Below are positions 26,401 to 39,344 of a stretch of 64,000 bases of DNA, piece by piece. The notes beneath the pieces are model-generated. The model saw only the letters and a program-made list of their open reading frames with translations, did no database searches and had not been told where the DNA came from. Position 1 is the first letter of the stretch. Every line of letters starts with the position of its first letter. This DNA comes from Eledone cirrhosa (taxonomy: Eukaryota): positions 12,981 through 76,980 of the forward strand of contig CAXHJY010001625.1 of assembly GCA_964016885.1 (NCBI GenBank), written 5' to 3'. A program made the translations under genes and the position numbers.

Positions 26401-27774
26401 ATGGTCAATGGTTGGATATATTGTTATATCACCATTTGTCTCTGTGGAAATTTGAAACAAAATGAATTAATTCAGTGAAATCCAGCAGTTTTGATAGCAT
26501 AAAGGATGTTAGAAATGTAATATATTCCTAACTAAATGATAAAATATGTAATTAAGAATAACCCATTATTTTCTATAAGATTTACAGTTAGTCTTCTTGT
26601 GTGTTGTGTTGTCAGTTTATCTGAATTATTTCAAATACATTATTAATAATCTTGACAAAATGATAAACAATACAGATTCTTGATTCTGCTCAATTATAAA
26701 TCACACATTAATGTTTAGCCACTGGTCAGCTGCCTGCTACTGGACAGAGCTATGATCAAAGACAATTCAACCGTGACAACTTTCCTTGTCCTCTTGGGTA
26801 TTGTGGATCTCAGACTAAATTGTCCAATGTGTCATTTCCTTCTTCAGGCAATGGAGTTAGCCTGTCCCATTCGAGACATTTGGGGGAGTCAGGCTGCTAA
26901 CTGTGAGGTTCTTGTTTTCACTGGTGGCTTGCTTAACCAATGTAACTGGTGTTGCTCGTGAGGCTCTTGGTTGTTCCAGTGCATCAGCCTCGCCATCATC
27001 CAAGGTAATGCTGCGACCAACTGCTGTGGTCAACTTTGCCTTTAATATTTTTGAGGTCGATAAAAAATGTACCAGTCCTGTACTAGGGTTGATTCTTCTT
27101 CTATAGAAAAAAATCCGCTGTGTTCAGACCTGGAGAGGGATGGGCTCCACTAGCTTTAAATGTGCTCTAGACGTGCCATATGACAGTGCCTCTATGGCTC
27201 TACAGGGAGTTATGGGATCTTTATCCTTATCTTTTAAGAAAAAGGGGAGAGGGTGTAAATGGTTTTATCTTTGCTATCTTGTTCAGAAATATTTTCTGCT
27301 ATTTCTAGCCGTTTGAGTTACTACTCCTTTTCAACTTTTGTAGATCAATATCAAACACTGGAACACATATTGCATTGAAATTATTTTGCTATTTTATAGC
27401 TTTCCAACTAATACATTTTTTTGAAGTGATTTCACAATCTATTTATTTCGACCTTATAAATGTTAAAATATTATTTTATAAAAAGACTTCACCAAAGTGA
27501 TTTTGTTTTTATTTTGACAAACTATAAACATTAGGTCAGCAGTTTGTAGGTAGACATAAAATGAAAGTGTAAAAAAACGGTGTTGTTGTGTGGCTGGTTT
27601 ATGTAACTGAGAAGTTGAAGTGCAAATGTAACGAACAAATTTGTTTTGGTGCAACATGTTCATAAATGAAATAGTTGTATTTGGTTTGAAACTGTAGTCA
27701 TGCCAAATTTATATAAAACTACCTTCACAGTATTTTTAAAAGCTGTATTATGAAATTGAGATGGTTAACATGTT

Positions 27775-27930
27775 CAGAATTTGACCCCAAACATATTCAG
27801 AATTTGACCCCAACCCCAAACATATTCAGAATTTGACCCCAACCCCAAACATATTCAGAATTTGACCCCAACCCCAAACATATTCAGAATTCGGCCTCAA
27901 CCCCAAACATATTCAGAATTGGACCCCAAT
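27775..27930. repeat. 28-bp minisatellite (TTCAGAATTTGACCCCAACCCCAAACATA-like), ~5 units
   Basis: Direct inspection. Confidence 0.9.
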
Positions 27931-28262
27931 ACACACTGGCTTGATGAGCCTCCAGACTTAGTACAGACTTTTAACATTTATAAGATGCAAAATGATAAAC
28001 TTTTGGCACAAGGCCAGCAATTACCCAGTGCATTATTGGTACATTATGCCCCAAAAGTCTTTTAGTGCCAGAAGGTTTGACTCTCAGTTCCTTAACCCCA
28101 ATGCAACTGAGATAAGTACCAACCTGATGGGCTTGGGATAGATTTTCACTTCAACTTTTTAACATTTATAAGATGCAAAAGTGTAATGAGAATAATGTGA
28201 ATAATGATTGTGATGTTGCAGATTTTAAAGAGTATATTTATGTATATTTTAATCTTTTTCAG

Positions 28263-28317
28263 AAATCCTAATTTGGAGAACCTGTATTGATTAGACCCCA
28301 AAACTAAAAGGTCTGAG
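28263..28317 (+). other. Candidate 55-nt non-coding exon
   Basis: TATTTTAATCTTTTTCAG acceptor and GAG|GTAAGT donor; stops in all three frames. Confidence 0.35.
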
Positions 28318-28367
28318 GTAAGTTATTACTTATTTAATATTAATAATTATTGGAAAACGAAAGCTTA

Positions 28368-29234
28368 CAGTGGTCAACAACATTTTTGGTGCATTGATGC
28401 TGACACTTGATGTTACCTAATTTGAGTGTGCTGAATTCAAAAGTTAGTTTTCCTCTGATAGCTCCAAACTTTTTGCAATTAATGAATGTTTCTTGTATGA
28501 TGATTCAATCCATTTGAATATTTTATAATTATACCATCTTCATAATAGGTTAAAAACAAATATCTTTGCATTCTATTCATAAATACGAGTTAGGCTATAA
28601 AAATAATATTTAACATTCCTATAAATGTTACCATTTGCCAATACAGAAACATAACATTACAATAAGGGAGTGTACTGATTTTCAGTGGAAAACATACATC
28701 ATATACAATTAATAAGTAGCTAGGTCAGAAACGGAAAAGTATTGAAGGCAAAACAAAAATAGTTCTTATTGAAGCAAGAATTAGCGCTTGTAGCTCTCGC
28801 GTTGAAGAATCCATGATTAGAAGCAATGATTAGATCTGAAACATAAGCACAATTGTGAATTTTAAGTATGATATATCTTAAAATCGCCAGAAAACCAGAG
28901 CATGTAGAACAAAACTAATTTCAAAGTTGAAATCAGCACAAACAATTAACCCTTTAGCATTTAAACCGGCCATATCCAGCCAGAGTTCTCTCACCTCTTT
29001 CTGTTCAAATCGGCCATAACCAGCTGTTCATACTGATGTTAAGGTATTGTTCTTAAAATAAATGATATCAAAGTCTCACAGATTCGATATTATATGAGAT
29101 ATTTTGCAAGATAAAGCCTTTACCATGAAAATATAATAGTATATATAGAGTAATGTAAATGCTAAAGGGTTAAGCTAGAAACAGTGAAAAAATCTCATGC
29201 ACCAGAAAAAAAGAAAAAAGGTTGTTGCCCAGTG
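28368..29234. mobile_element. Old non-autonomous Tc1/mariner-type DNA element carrying a nested MITE
   Basis: Imperfect TIRs CAGTGGTCAACAACATTTTT / AAAAAGGTTGTTGCCCAGTG; subterminal GTGCTGAATTCAA / TTGAAATCAGCAC and AGTTAGTTTT / AAAACTAATT. Confidence 0.65.
28950..29169 (+). mobile_element. piggyBac-like MITE (220 bp)
   Basis: TTAA|CCCTTTAGCATTTA ... TAAATGCTAAAGGG|TTAA: 14-bp perfect TIR with TTAA target duplication. Confidence 0.9.
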
Positions 29235-29759
29235 TTATCTGATCAAATCAATTTTCTGACTGTTACCACCTGGGATGTTTATGTCAGAGTTCAATAAATA
29301 TTTGAGATAAAGAGTTAAGAATTGAATTTCAAATCATAATATATCTAATATAATATATTTGAATGAGAAGATATTTCTATTTATTTTATTTATGGTTTTC
29401 TTTTAATATATATTTTTTATATGTTTTCCTATCTTTGTATTACTGAGAAGTTCCTGAAAATTCTAACCACTACATGAATTTTTAGGTTGACTTTTGTTGT
29501 TAGTCCTTGTTAAGCCTGTCTGTACCATATATCTAATGAATGTCACCTTATATTCATTGTTAAATAATCAAGAATTTGGAGGAATTTAGTAAAATGATTT
29601 TCTCATTATTTAGTTGGTGTTTAGAACATAACTTAAAAGGTTCTTATATAAAATTATAGTGAGGTGTTTTAAAATAAATCTGAACATTTAAAAATAAACA
29701 GCTTGTATTGTAGAACCATGGTCAGTTTCAGGCAGTTTGGAATCAAAATATTAAATTGA

Positions 29760-30125
29760 TAGAACTCAAACATACATCTAGTAGACACCTCTTAACCGCT
29801 ATACCCCATCCACCCACTCCTGCCACCCTTACACTGTGAACAAAACATATTCAGCCCATACTGTAAAGTGGCCATGTAGGTGTCATGACAAAAAATACCC
29901 AGCCCACACTGGAAAGTGGTCATGTAGGTGTCACAACAAAAAGCACTCAGCACACACTGTAAATATGGTTAGCATTAGGGAGGGCATCCAACTGTAGAAA
30001 TCTATCCAGAAAGCGTTCTATATGAGCAAGACACAGTCACCTGACCCAACTTGCCTCAAACGGGACAACCCATCTAACCCATGCTAGCATGGAAAATGGA
30101 TGTTAAATGATGTTGATGATGATAG
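29760..30125 (+). mobile_element. Old RTE 3' UTR with internal repeats
   Basis: Homology to 17600-18097; GGGCATCCAACTGTAGAAA; (TGA)n tail. Confidence 0.75.
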
Positions 30126-30761
30126 ACTGAAGAAGATTTTATAAATAGTTTTTATTTAGACAAAATAAAAATGAAATGTTGAAGCATGAGAGTCTTTGTA
30201 ATATAATAATTGTTTCTACTTTTGGCACAAGGCCAGCAATTACCCAGTACATTACTGGTACTTTATTTTATCGACCCCGAAGGATGAAAGGCAAAGTTAA
30301 CCTCGGCGGGATTTGAACTCAGATATTATTATTGTGTAATACAATAATGTGTTGTTCTTTGCATATTTTTGGCGAGGTTTTACCCTTCCTATCACCAACC
30401 ACTTTATAGTGGGGACTGGGTGCATTATTTGTGCCACTAACACTAGTGAGATTGTCTTACTGGACTGAAGGATGATCTCTAGTCTATATTGGACCCGTTG
30501 AACCCATGCTGACATAAAATGATGATGATGAAATGTACTGTACTCCTTGAAGTACTTGTATTTTCAATATTTTTACATGTTTAATGCTGAGTCAACTCTG
30601 ATCAAACAAACATGATCAGAGGTACTCTAGCAATGACAATCATAGCTTTTATTTCTGACTTAGTGTATCTAGGACTACATTATGCAATCTCCTTCGTTTT
30701 AAAGATGGATGGGTGTGATTTGAAAGGGATCTAGCATCTTTTATTGTAAACTGACTAACTA

Positions 30762-31100
30762 TGAGGGTCGGCTGGAAAGTTCAAAGTCTGAAAAGTTCAT
30801 TGACTGACCAAGATGCTCTCATAGAATGACCAAATGGTGTTTATTTTTCAACATAGTCCTTCGAAAGAAACAATACAGTTATTAATAAGAAGGGTTGAAA
30901 TTAATTCATGGAAGATTTCACAGCTCTAGCATCACTCCTTCATAGGCTGACCAAGATACTCTCATGGAATGACTAAATGAGGTTTACTTTTCAACATAGT
31001 CCCTGGAAAGAAACAATGGATTTATTAATAAGAAGAGTTGATATTTATACATGCAAGATTTCACTGCTCTAGCATCACTCCTTCATAGTCAGCATATAAA
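30762..31100 (+). mobile_element. Mariner-like left-end remnant with ~140-bp internal tandem duplication
   Basis: TA|TGAGGGTCGGCTGGAAAGTTCA terminus; CTGACCAAGAT...CATCACTCCTTCATAG occurs twice; matching right-end sequence at ~50040-50076. Confidence 0.65.
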
Positions 31101-31183
31101 GAATCCTTCTTTCACTCCTGTTTTAAATTGGTAACATTTCATGTGACAAGGTCAAAACTTAAATAATCCAGACTTGAGGCTAT

Positions 31184-31227
31184 ACTTTACTGATGAAGTC
31201 AGATTAAGACCAAAAACATGTCTGAAG
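31184..31227 (+). ncRNA. Degenerate minimal hammerhead motif
   Basis: ACTTTA-CTGATGA-AGTC-agattaa-GAC-caAAAA-CATG-TC-TGAAGT; helix I/II and palindromic ACATGT present, GAAA altered. Confidence 0.45.
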
Positions 31228-31419
31228 TTGTTTCCTGTATTTACTGGGAAAATTAAAACATTATTATGTAGTTATGACTAATAAGATTTATCTTTTAATT
31301 GCTTATTTATTTCTAATAATCTTTTAAATGTTCCGTGTTTTAAATATGTTAGCACTAACATAGCTAGTTATTTAATTAACTTCAAATGGAACATTTTGCC
31401 TCATCCGAATTAACTCTTA

Positions 31420-31420
31420 A

Positions 31421-31452
<32 letters not shown>

Positions 31453-31921
31453 TCCCTGTCTCGCCTTTTCTCTCTCTCTCTCTTTCTCTTTCCCTTTCTC
31501 GCCTTTTCTCTCTCTCTCTCTTTCTCTTTCCCTGTCTCGCCTTTTCTCTCTCTCTCTCTCTCTCTTTCCCTGTCTCGCCTTCTCTCTCTCTCTCACTCTC
31601 TCTCTCTCTCGCCTTTTCTCTCTCTCTCTCTCTCTCTTTCTCTTTCCCTGTCTCGCCTTTTCTCTCTCTCTCTCTCTTTCTCTTTCCCTGTCTCGCCTTT
31701 TCTCTCTCTCTCTCTCTCTTTCTCTTTCCCTGTCTCGCCTTTTCTCTCTCTCTCTCTCTCTTTCTCTTTCCCTGTCTCGCCTTCTCTCTCTCTCTCTCTT
31801 TCTCTTTCCCTGTCTCGCCTTCTCTCTCTCTCTTTCTCTTTCCCTGTCTCGCCTTCTCTCTCTCTCTTTCTCTTTCCCTGTCTCGCCTTCTCTCTCTCTC
31901 TCTCTCTCTTTCCCTGTCTCG

Positions 31922-31953
<32 letters not shown>

Positions 31954-31957
31954 GTCA
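31420..31957. repeat. (CT)n array with TTCCCTGTCTCGCCTT spacer units
   Basis: Direct inspection. Confidence 0.95.
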
Positions 31958-32128
31958 TGAAGAATCTTAAAAGTGCCCAATACTGTGTGTAATAGAAGTA
32001 ATATTTGTGAGATACATGGGTAGATGTGTAGATCTGGTGAATGTGAATGAAAACATACAACAGTTTTATTTCACAAGTTGTTAAAGCATTAGAAATGGAA
32101 TCCTAGGAGAGAAATGTTTAGCTATATG

Positions 32129-32699
32129 GTATATATATATATATATGTATGTGTATATGTATGTGTGTATATATATATATGTATATGTATGTGTATATAT
32201 ATAACTATATATATGCGTGTATGTATATGTATGTGTATATATATATATATGTGTGTATATATATGTATGTGTGTATATATATGTATGTGTATATGTATGT
32301 GTGTATATATATGTATGTGTATATATATATATATATGTTTATGTGTATATATATGTATATGTATGTGTATATATATATGTATGTGTATATATATGTTTAT
32401 ATGTATGTGTATATATATGTATATGTATGTGTATATATATATGTATGTGTATATATATGTATATGTATGTGTATATATATATGCATGTGTATATATATAT
32501 ATGTATGTGTATATATATGTATATGTATGTGTATGTATATATGTATGTGTATGTATATATGTATGTGTATGTATATATGTGTGTGTGTGTATGTATATGT
32601 GTGTGTGTATATATATATGTATATATTGTGTGTGTGTATATATATATATATATTGTGTGTGTATATATATGTGTGTGTGTGTGTATGTGTGTGTGTGTG

Positions 32700-32730
<31 letters not shown>

Positions 32731-32731
32731 A
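32129..32731. repeat. (TA)/(TG) compound microsatellite
   Basis: Direct inspection. Confidence 0.97.
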
Positions 32732-32961
32732 CTCTACACATACATGTGAGTGTATTAAGGCAAATTCTTGTCAACAATATATAAACCGTCAATAAATAAA
32801 AGAGCAACACTAATACAATGGAAACACATAAATATTTAAATCTCTCTCTCTCTCTCCCCTTCTCTTCCCCCTCTGTTCCCTTCTTTCCCTCTCTCCTTCT
32901 CTTCCCCCTCTCTTCCCTTCTTTCCCTCTCTCTCTCTTACTCTCTTTCTCCCTCTCTGTCT

Positions 32962-33044
<83 letters not shown>

Positions 33045-33113
33045 CCTTACTTTGGCACAACCATACTTTCACCTTTGAATCGTTGTTTACAGGGCCATAC
33101 TGTTTAATGTATA

Positions 33114-33144
<31 letters not shown>

Positions 33145-33261
33145 TCATCTTTTTATGTCTGTTTTTCCATGCTGGTAAACATACATACATACATACATAC
33201 ATACATACATACATCTCTATCCTGTTTGTACTTATTCTTGTATATCTCATTTAATCACAGT

Positions 33262-35148
33262 CATGCACATACACACATGCATCTTCACAGGCACCTATAT
33301 AACACATACATTCATACATACATATACACACATACATGTATATATACATGTATAGACACTCACATACGTACATGCATCTTCACAGGCACAGATATAACAC
33401 ATACATTCATACATACATATACACACATACATATATACATGTATAGACACTCACATACGTACATGCATCTTCACAGGCACAGATATAACACATACATTCA
33501 TACATACATATACACACATACATATATATATACATGTATAGACACTCACATACACACATGCATCTTCACAGGCACATATATAACACATACATTCATATAC
33601 ACACATACATATATATATACATGTATAGACACTCACATACACACATGCATCTTCACAGGCACCTATATAACACATACATTCATACATACATATAATAAAC
33701 ACATACATGTATATATATACATGTATAGACACTCACATATACACATGCATCTTCACAGGCACCTATATAACACATACATTCATACATACATATACACACA
33801 TACATGTATATATACATGTATAGACACTCACATATACACATGCATCTTCACAGGCACATATATAACACATACATTCATACATACATATACACACATACAT
33901 GTATATATACATGTATAGACACTCACATATACACATGCATCTTCACAGGCACCTATATAACACATACATTCATACATACATATACACACATACATATATA
34001 TATACATGTATAGACACTCACATACGTACATGCATCTTCACAGGCACAGATATAACACATACATTTATACATACATATACACACATACATATATATATAC
34101 ATGTATAGACACTCACATACACACATGCATCTTCACAGGCACAGATATAACACATACATTTATACATACATATACACACATACATATATATATACATGTA
34201 TAGACACTCACATACACACATGCATCTTCACAGGCACAGATATAACACATACATTCATACATACATATACACACATACATATATATATACATGTATAGAC
34301 ACTCACATACGTACATGCATCTTCACAGGCACAGATATAACACATACATTTATACATACATATACACACATACATATATATATACATGTATAGACACTCA
34401 CATACACACATGCATCTTCACAGGCACATATATAACACATACATTCATACATACATATACACACATACATATATATATACATGTATAGACACTCACATAC
34501 ACACATGCATCTTCACAGGCACATATATAACACATACATTCATACATACATATACACACATACATATATATATACATGTATAGACACTCACATACGTACA
34601 TGCATCTTCACAGGCACAGATATAACACATACATTCATACATACATATATATATACATGTATAGACACTCACATACACACATGCATCAGCTTCACAGGCA
34701 CATATGCACCTATGTATACACATGCATACATACACATGTACAGACACTCACACACACACATACATGCATCTTCAGAGGCACATATGCACACATATACACA
34801 TAAATACATACATACACTCACACATACACACACACACGTACATACATACACACACACATGTACATACACTCACACATACATATACATACACATGTACATA
34901 TACACACACATGTACATACACTCACACATACACATGTACAGACACTCACACACACATACATGCATCTTCAGAGGCACATATGTACCTATGTATATACATA
35001 CATACATAAATACATACACATGTACATAGATACACACTCACATGTACATACATACACTCATACATACACACACATACGTACATACATACACTCACATATA
35101 CACTCCCACATACACGCACACATGTAATGATGCACATACATACAGACA
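33262..35148. repeat. 95-bp minisatellite (~15 units, core CATGCATCTTCACAGGCAC) decaying into (CA)/(TA)
   Basis: ORF track starts recur at exact 95-nt spacing (34006, 34101, 34196, ...). Confidence 0.95.
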
Positions 35149-35914
35149 TACCTTACGTGACTGCATGTCTTGAACAACAGAACAACGTTAGAAAAGACTG
35201 AACCTAGATGTTAAAGGTCACCAAAATCAGTAAAGTGATGGGAAATTTTTCTTAGTTCAATAGAATCATAATGGAAGCTAGAAAAATAAGCTAAAGGAGA
35301 AAAAATAATGACTATAAAAAACTACAAAACCCAACTACAAAAATAAAAAATATATATATGTATATTAACAATGTAAGAAATATTGTATAAATGTCCAGCT
35401 AAATAAATGTATTTTATCATGGAGAAAGGTCAGATGGAAAATACTCTTCTCTTCTGATGTAAAAACAAGAAGTTGCTTAAGTTGTTTCAAATGATTTGTT
35501 GCCTTATGCAGAATTAAGTCTGGAGAGCTGGTTATAATATTTTCTGCAGATCTGAATGTGCAGAGGTCATATAAAGACAGGCTGTAATGTCAAGTGTATT
35601 GTAGACTGACCAGAGAAGATTGATGAAGTGTAACATTAACTATAAATGGCATCAACAGAAGTGAGAAGTAGGAGTAAAAAAAATTATAAAATAATAATAA
35701 TAAAAGCTGCAAGAAAAAGATTACTAGAATTTACTAGAACTTTATTTTGGTGACTATTGAAATAGATTATATAATTTTGTGGTAGTGTTTTTTGGTTTAG
35801 CTCCAGGTCAGCGCTGATCAAGCACACCTATAATCTGAGGAATTTCACCTATGATTACCCCATCCCATCCTATCTTTTTCCTATGTGTAGAGAACCCAGG
35901 GCAGCATTATTCAA

Positions 35915-36145
35915 TAGCTTAGTTAGTGGTTAGGGTGTTGGACTTATTATTGTTCGATTCTTGGACCAAGTGGTGTGTTCTGTTCTTGAACAAAGCATTT
36001 TATTTCACATTGTTACTTCAGTACACTCAACTGAAAGGGCAAAGTAGCAGTATCGAGGGTTAAGTTTGCAATGGACTGGTACCCTATCCAGGGAGCAGTC
36101 ATACTCTATGTCACTTAATGACAATGATAAACACTGGCCTCTTTG
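35915..36145 (+). mobile_element. Degenerate CORE-type SINE
   Basis: TAGTGGTTAGGGTGTT head, GTTCGATTC, GTTCTTGAACAAAGCATTTTATTTCACATTG core; similar copies at ~38120, 44030, 49543. Confidence 0.65.
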
Positions 36146-36224
36146 CAGAAGGAATTCACTTCACCAATCAACTGTGGCTAACAGAGAATATGCTAGTGTT
36201 GTTATGGTAGAGGGATTGGGGTTA

Positions 36225-36640
36225 TTATGGTAATGATGCTGTTGTGTTGGGGTTGGAGTTGGTATGGTGGTAAGTTGTTGTGTTGGGGTTGGTGTTGTTA
36301 TGCTGATGTTGTTGTGATGATGTTGGAGTTGTTATGGTGGTGATGTTGTGATGGGGTTGGAGTTGTTATGGTGGTGATATTATGATAGGGTTGGAGTTGT
36401 TATGGTGGTGATATTATGATAGGGTTGGAGTTGTTATGGGGTTGATGTTGTTGTGATGGGGTTGGAGTTGTTATGGTGGCGATGTGGTAGTGAAAGGGGT
36501 GGTGGTGTTGTTATGGTGGTGAAGGGGATGACGGCATAATGGTAATATTGTATCGGTAGTGGGGTTGGATGAGGGTGGCAATGGTAGCAGTACAGTTGTT
36601 ACTGTAGTTGTTGTTGTTATTATTCTGGTTGTTGTTGTCC
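36225..36640. repeat. GT-rich minisatellite (GGGTTGGAGTTGTTATGGTGGTGAT) and GTT repeats
   Basis: Direct inspection. Confidence 0.85.
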
Positions 36641-36894
36641 ATAACCATATTTAGAGAAAATCCTACAGTATTAAATGTCCAGACTGAGAATAAGGATAAG
36701 AGTTTAGTCTGATCTTATTCCAGTCTGAGAATTTAATAATATATTCTTGATATAGTAGTGGTAGTAGTAGCAGCAGTGGTAATAGTAGTGGTAGTAGCAG
36801 TAGTAGTAGTAGATGTGCTTGTGGTGTTGGTGGCAGTAGTGGTTGAGGTATAGGTAATAGTAGTAGTTGTTGTTTTTTTAACATTGAACAAAAT

Positions 36895-37535
36895 GCAGTA
36901 TTTGTTACAGTCCTTTATGTTCTGAGTTCAAATCCTGCCGAGGTCAACTTTGCCTTTCATCCTTCTAAAATAGAGTACCAGTAACACACTGGGGTTGATC
37001 TAATTGACTATCCCCTGACCCCAAATTGTTAGACTTGTGCCTAAATCAGAAACCAAATTCCGCCGAGGTTGACTTTGCCTTTCATCCTTATGGGGTCGAT
37101 AAAATAAAGTACCAGTAATGCACTGGGTAATTGCTGGCTTTGTGCCTAAAGTAGAAACAATTATTACTTACCTATTGGATTGGCAGTATCGGTAGAGGAT
37201 TGGACGCCATGCTTTCCAGCAGAGTTACACCCCTTTATGGTCTGAGTTGAAATTCCACCGAGGTTAACTTTGCCTTTCATCCTTACAGGGTCGATAAAAT
37301 AAAGCACCAGTAATGCACTGGGTAATTGCTGGCCTTGTGCCAAAAATAGAAGCAATTATTACTTACCTAGCTGTAAAGTATTGGACAACATGCTTTGCAA
37401 CATATTGTCACGGCTCTTTATGTTCTAAGTTCAAATCCTACCATGCGGGAGTCAATAAAAGAAAGTACTGGTGTTGATCAACTCCCCCTCTCTTTCATTT
37501 AAACTGCTGGCCTTGTACCAAATGTAGTAATAATT
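36895..37535 (+). mobile_element. Cluster of four co-oriented SINE family A copies
   Basis: Repeated bodies and tails; ACTTACCTA duplicated around the third copy. Confidence 0.85.
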
Positions 37536-37827
37536 ATTAATGGCCATAACCAAAATATTGGAAACCATAAAAGATGTATCATTCTGTCTGTTACTCTCAT
37601 TCTTCTTTGTCAGATGAATATATTTGATTACATTTTTTACAATTTGTCAGATTCCTTGCCAATCCTAGTCTCACTGAGTTGCTATCACAGGACTATTATT
37701 TTTACTGTCTTTTTATTTATATAATGGCAGTGATTCAATGTTAACTTTAACTGCGATAGAATCACCTTACCCTCACAGTCTTATGCACCAAGGAAACCAT
37801 CAGAGTCTAGAAGTATAGTCCTTTTAA

Positions 37828-38038
37828 CCCTTTAGCATTTAAACTAGCCATATCCGGACAGAATTCTCTCACCTCTTTTTGTTCAAACTGGTCGTAACTA
37901 GCTTCTCATACTGATGTTAAGGTATTATTTTCAAAATAAATATCAAAATCTCATAGATTCGATATTATGTGAGGTAAAACCTTTACCACAAAAATACAAT
38001 TATATATATATAGAGAGAGTAATGTAAATGTTAAAGGG
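37828..38038 (+). mobile_element. piggyBac-like MITE, second full copy
   Basis: TTAA|CCCTTTAGCATTTA ... TAAATGTTAAAGGG|TTAA. Confidence 0.88.
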
Positions 38039-38693
38039 TTAAACCTTTTTCTGTGAAATGAATTCATTCATACAGTTCAAATAATTAGTTATCTAAAGCA
38101 CTAAAAAATTAATAGTATTTGCTGGGTGTTGGGCATGCAATCATAATGTCATGGGTTCAATTCATATCCCATTGCTCTAGTATACTCAACTGAAAATGAA
38201 TAGCTGGTGGTTTAACCCTGTTGACATGTCCAAGGAGTAGTGTTGTACTCTTAGTCCCTTAACACCAATGAAACCAGTATAAACACCAACCTAATGAGCC
38301 TCTGAGTTTGAAACAAACTTTAGACTTTTATTGCCAGATTTCTATCTCATAAAATACATTGTCTATGATTTTCTAGTAATTTTTAAAATAATCAAGAATT
38401 TGGCAGGATTTAGTAATATAAATTTGGCAGGATTTAGTAATATAAATTTTTATATTACTAAATCCGTTTTTATGACTAAGCTAGTGTTTGGTGCATAACA
38501 AAAATATCTTACATAACATTATGATAAATGGTTTATTTAATAAGACCAATCTTAACCTACAATTTCAGGAAAATCTCTGAACCTTAAAATGGATCCAACT
38601 TTATATATATTTGCTTGGGGATTGTAGGCACAGCATAATGAGTTCAGGAATTTTAACATTAGCAAATAAAAACAAATGTAAGTGGCTAGATAC

Positions 38694-39075
38694 ATCATCA
38701 TCATTATCACTGTTTAATGTCCATTTCCCATGCTAGCATGGGTTAGACGAGTTGTCCTGTTGTGAGACAAATCAAATCAGGTAACTGTGTCTTGTTCATA
38801 CAGAACTGTTTCTGGCTTGGTTTCTATGGCTGGATGACCTTCCTACCACATTTACAGTGTGGACCGGGTGCTTTTTATCGTGTCACCAGCATGACCACTT
38901 TATAGTGTGGACTGAGTGCTTTTTGTCATGGCACCAAAACAAACACTTTACACATGTTGTGACACCAACATGACCACTTTACAGTGTGAACTGGCTGCTT
39001 TTTGTCATATCACCATCATGACCACTTTACAGTGTGGACTGGATTCTTTTTGTCATGTTACCACTACAACCACTC
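38694..39075 (-). mobile_element. Old RTE 3' UTR/SINE tail with ~45-bp internal tandem repeats
   Basis: (CAT)n end, CCATGCTAGCATGGGTTAGAC, repeated ACCACTTTACAGTGTGGACT. Confidence 0.75.
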
Positions 39076-39344
39076 CACCCAGTAATTAATTATTATGTTA
39101 GTTGTAATCAATAAGTTAATTCTACTTCAACAACAGAGAAGGAAAAATATGTCCAATAATAATTTAACCTTACTTAAGCTTTGGGTTTTATTCATTCAGT
39201 AATATGAGAACAATCTCATAGTAATATGAAATGGACAGTATATATATATATATATATATATATAATCATCATTATCATCTAACCATGAAGCCATGCGCCT
39301 TCATATATATATATATGAGTATAGCTATATATAAATAAATATAT

